Shown: positions 23,733-26,439 of the stretch, piece after piece
Layout: the number at the start of each line of letters is the position of its first letter
How positions within the stretch are numbered: position 1 is the first letter of the stretch
Source of the DNA: a virus
Lineage: Duplodnaviria; Heunggongvirae; Uroviricota; Caudoviricetes
IMG/VR virus record: IMGVR_UViG_2651869691_000005
DNA: 26,439 nucleotides
Strand: one strand, 5' to 3'
Notes under the pieces: generated by a model
Seen by the model: the letters and a program-made list of their open reading frames with translations, nothing else
Database searches by the model: none
Told to the model about the DNA's origin: nothing
Translations under genes and position numbers: made by a program

Positions 23733-23861
23733 ATGGATTTCGACACAATCATGGAAAAGGCTTACGAAGAATACTTCGAAGGCCTTGCCGAAGGCGAAGA
23801 AGCTCACAGCTTCAACGAATTTAAACAGGTGCTTTCCAGTTCGGCAAAATCTAATGGCTGA
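23733..23861 (+). CDS. Small early-left protein (42 aa; YdfB/YdaG-sized)
   Basis: Manual translation from ATG 23733 (SD GGTGG): MDFDTIMEKAYEEYFEGLAEGEEAHSFNEFKQVLSSSAKSNG. Below the ORF-track size cutoff. Confidence 0.45.
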   Translation: MDFDTIMEKAYEEYFEGLAEGEEAHSFNEFKQVLSSSAKSNG

Positions 23862-23890
23862 TAAGCGAAACAGCACCGCGAGGAATCAGT

Positions 23891-24109
23891 ATGCAGAAAC
23901 GAGAACCCGTCATCATCGCGCCAGACTATACCAATGATGAACTTTATGAGTGGATGCACCAGAAAATTAATGCAGCGCAGGATCTGAAATGGGCTAATGA
24001 AGTCAGGGCTAAGCAGGCTGAAAATCTGTCCTCTCTGGAGCAGGATATCACCAATCTGGAAAAAGCAGCGGCATTAACCATTGCCAGAATGATTACATAC
24101 CCGCGTTAA
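23891..24109 (+). CDS. Small early-left protein (72 aa; YdfC-sized)
   Basis: ORF with SD GAGGAA 6 nt upstream: MQKREPVIIAPDYTNDELYEWMHQKINAAQDLKWANEVRAKQAENLSSLEQDITNLEKAAALTIARMITYPR. Confidence 0.5.
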   Translation: MQKREPVIIAPDYTNDELYEWMHQKINAAQDLKWANEVRAKQAENLSSLEQDITNLEKAAALTIARMITYPR

Positions 24110-24450
24110 TAGCTAACCAACGAAGCTAAGGTTGGTAATTAAGGAGTTCTCCACGGGTGAGGTGGAGTGCTTGCGCCGGACACGGGTGAGCATCCGGCAC
24201 TGACAGTTTACTGAAAGGATATTTCCCTGAAAAGTCAGACCATAACGCGAAAGCGCACGGCGAGGTAGCTGGTTCATAGATAGCCTGTCGTTAAATTTTC
24301 GTCGACCGTGCGCTTCCGGTTGTGGCAATCCGCGAAATGGCGCGGCGGTAAGTATGGCGGGGTTATTCCTTCCCCCGTTGAGGACACCGGGTTGTCAGGT
24401 TGACCATACGCTTAAGTGACAACCCCGCTGCAACGCCCTCTGTTATCAAT

Positions 24451-24508
24451 TTTCTGGTGACGTTTGGCGGTATCAGTTTTACTCCGTGACTGGTCTGCCG
24501 CCCTTTTT
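24451..24508 (+). ncRNA. dicF: DicF sRNA homologue
   Basis: TTTCTGGTGACGTTTGGCGGTATCAGTTTTACTCCGTGACTGGTCTGCCGCCCTTTTT matches the ~53-nt E. coli DicF sequence as I recall it, with one or two substitutions. Lies in a ~550-nt noncoding stretch of the early-left operon, as dicF does in Qin. Confidence 0.7.
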
Positions 24509-24682
24509 AAAGTGAGTTTTGTGATGCGGTGAATGCGGCTGAGCGCACGCGGAACAGTTAAAACCAAAAACAGTGTTATGGGTGGGCTCTCTGTATCCGG
24601 CGTTAATTGTTAACTGGTTAACGTCACCTGGAGGCACCAGGCACCGCATCAACAAAGTTCATTTGTAAAAATGGAGATAATT

Positions 24683-24904
24683 ATGATTGCTCATCACTTC
24701 GGAACTGATGAGATTCCTCGTCAGTGCGTGACTCCCGGTGATTATGTTATTCATAAAGGAAGAACATATATTGCTTCGGTAAACAACATTAAAAAACAAC
24801 GGCTCTATATTCGTGATTTTTCCACACAACACTGTATTAAGGAAACCATGATTAAAGTCTTCCTTGGTCGTGATGGTTTACCTGTAAAAGCAGAGTCATG
24901 GTGA
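24683..24904 (+). CDS. Small protein downstream of dicF (73 aa; at the DicB/KilR position, possible cell-division inhibitor)
   Basis: ATG 24683 with SD GGAG: [73 protein letters not shown]. Does not match DicB as I recall it; function inferred from position only. Confidence 0.4.
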   Translation: MIAHHFGTDEIPRQCVTPGDYVIHKGRTYIASVNNIKKQRLYIRDFSTQHCIKETMIKVFLGRDGLPVKAESW

Positions 24905-25027
24905 GCAGTAATAAAATAACTGCCACAATACGACATTCAGCTTAATGAATACATCAGATTTGATTCTTATATGCCAGCAATGGCAGGGATTTGTTCATCC
25001 TTAAATCTGTCATGAGGTTAAAACAAA

Positions 25028-26347
25028 ATGAGTAAAGTCTTTATTTGCGCCGCCATTCCGGACGAACAGGCAATAAAGGAAGAAGGTGCAGTTGCTGTAG
25101 CCACTGCCATTGAAGCCGGTGACGAACGCCGCGCCCGTGCCAAATTTACCTGGCAATTCCTGGAGCAATATCCGGCTGCTCAGGACTGCGCTTATAAATT
25201 TCTTATCTGCGAGGATAAACCCGGCATGCCCCGCCCTGCTATCGACTCCTGGGATACCGAATATATGCAGGAAAACCGCTGGGATGAGGAATCCGCTTCC
25301 TTTATTCCGGTCGAACCAGAATCCGAACCGATGAACGTCAATTTTGACAAACTGTCCCTTGAAGTACAGAACGCTGTCATGGTTAAGTTCGACACATGTG
25401 AAAACATCACCGTTGATATGGTGATTAGCGCGCAGGAATTGTTGCAGGAAGACATGGCAACATTCGACGGACATATCGTTGAAGCGTTGATGAAAATGCC
25501 AGAAGTTAACGCCATGTATCCGGAGCTTAAGCTGCATGCCATCGGGTGGGTTAAGCATAAATGTAAGCCTGGTGCCAAATGGCCCGAAATTCAGGCAGAA
25601 ATGCGCATCTGGAAAAAACGTCGCGAAGGTGAACGCAAGGAAACCGGAAAATACACGTCTGTTGTTGATCTCGCCCGCGCCAGAGTCCACCGACAGCACA
25701 CTGAAAACTCAGCAGAAAAAATCCCCCCTGTCACTGCAGTCATTCGTCGCGAATATAAGCAGACATGGAAAACACTGGATGACGAACTGGCCTACGCTCT
25801 CTGGCCTGGTGATGTGGATGCCGGAAACATTGACGGCAGCATCCATCGCTGGGCAAAAAATGAAGTTATCGACAACGACCGCGAAGACTGGAAGCGTATC
25901 TCGGCATCGATGCGCAAACAGCCTGATGCCCTTCGCTACGACCGCCAGACTATTTTTGGCCTTGTCCGTGAACGTCCGATCGACATTCACAAAGACCCTG
26001 TGGCACTGAACAAATACATTACTGAATACCTGACTACAAAGGGCGTGTTTGAAGATGAAGGAACAAATCAGAGCGCAACTGATACTCTCTCGTCGCCAGT
26101 ACCAGAAACTGATGCAGTGGAAACGGCAATTCCGGACAACGAAAAAACCGAATGCAAAGTGGAAGTCGAACCATCTGTAGAGCGTGAGGGGCCGTTCTAC
26201 TTCCTCTTCACCGACAAGGATGGCGAAAAATACGGTCGCGCAAACAAACTTTCTGGTCTGGATAAGGCGCTGGCTGCCGGGGCTACTGAAATCACGAAAG
26301 AAGAATATTTCGCCCGCAAAAACAGTACATACTCAGGTTCACGGTAA
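25028..26347 (+). CDS. Hypothetical acidic early-left protein (439 aa), probably C-terminally truncated by IS1 insertion
   Basis: Long ORF with SD; its TAA stop (26345-26347) lies inside the IS1 terminal repeat GGTAATGCTGCC..., so the native 3' end is probably missing. No family recognised. Confidence 0.6.
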   Translation: MSKVFICAAIPDEQAIKEEGAVAVATAIEAGDERRARAKFTWQFLEQYPAAQDCAYKFLICEDKPGMPRPAIDSWDTEYMQENRWDEESASFIPVEPESEPMNVNFDKLSLEVQNAVMVKFDTCENITVDMVISAQELLQEDMATFDGHIVEALMKMPEVNAMYPELKLHAIGWVKHKCKPGAKWPEIQAEMRIWKKRREGERKETGKYTSVVDLARARVHRQHTENSAEKIPPVTAVIRREYKQTWKTLDDELAYALWPGDVDAGNIDGSIHRWAKNEVIDNDREDWKRISASMRKQPDALRYDRQTIFGLVRERPIDIHKDPVALNKYITEYLTTKGVFEDEGTNQSATDTLSSPVPETDAVETAIPDNEKTECKVEVEPSVEREGPFYFLFTDKDGEKYGRANKLSGLDKALAAGATEITKEEYFARKNSTYSGSR

Positions 26348-26439
26348 TGCTGCCAACTTACTGATTTAGTGTATGATGGTGATTTTAAGGTGCTTGCGTG
26401 GCTTCCATTTCCATCAGATGTCCTTCCTGCTCCGCTACT
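26343..26439 (+). mobile_element. IS1 insertion sequence, left end only (continues beyond window)
   Basis: GGTAATGCTGCCAACTTACTGATTTAGTGTATGATGGTG... matches the IS1 terminal inverted repeat and leader as recalled, with several substitutions relative to the K-12 copies. The insA frame follows. Confidence 0.8.
26396..26439 (+). CDS. insA: IS1 InsA, N-terminal fragment (window edge)
   Basis: GTG at 26396 followed by ASISIRCPSCSAT, matching the InsA N-terminus (zinc-finger CPSC) as recalled. Confidence 0.7.

Noticed and set aside
23521-23937. ORFs 23495..23731 (long form), 23521..23748(-), 23679..23876(-), 23728..23937(+)
   Set aside because: The shorter SD-preceded frames (23576..23731 and 23733..23861) explain this region better; the others are antisense or out-of-frame shadows.
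24683-24904. Calling the 73-aa protein downstream of dicF DicB or KilR
   Set aside because: It does not match the DicB sequence as I recall it, and I cannot confirm a KilR match from memory; only the positional analogy is reported.
25010-26009. ORFs 25010..25699(-), 25110..25334(+), 25192..25578(-), 25536..26009(+), 25709..25990(-)
   Set aside because: All overlap the 439-aa plus-strand ORF, which has an SD and a consistent coding character.

Overview
This ~26.4 kb window is a mosaic lambdoid prophage segment, apparently from an Escherichia-type host, with the late and pR-type operons on the minus strand. Reading from low to high coordinates: lambda-like head genes (protease C partial, portal B, W, terminase A and Nu1), a cos site matching lambda cosN almost base for base (~5125-5136), a phage-21-type lysis cassette (pinholin S, SAR endolysin R, Rz/Rz1), a prophage sialate O-acetylesterase (NanS-p-like), an AT-rich cargo segment where Stx phages carry stx, a tRNA cluster, an orphan DNA methyltransferase, a Q-like antiterminator with a downstream terminator, then a nin-like region (RusA, DUF968/HNH protein, a hok-family type I toxin the ORF track missed, many small ORFs), DnaC-like and O-like replication genes with iterons, and a Rac/Qin-type immunity region (YdaS/YdaT-like genes divergent from a non-LexA-type repressor, with TAGGC-N3-GCCTA operators). 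The plus-strand early-left operon carries three small YdfA/B/C-sized genes, a DicF sRNA homologue and a 439-aa ORF ended by a partial IS1 at the window edge. No stx genes and no CRISPR array are present. All identifications rest on reading and translating the sequence and on recalled protein families; no database search was run. The most plausible candidates for something undescribed are the uncharacterised cargo segment at the stx-equivalent position, the stand-alone hok module with its neighbouring membrane protein, the conserved hairpin-split ribosome-binding elements, and the TonB-C-like lipoprotein next to cos.
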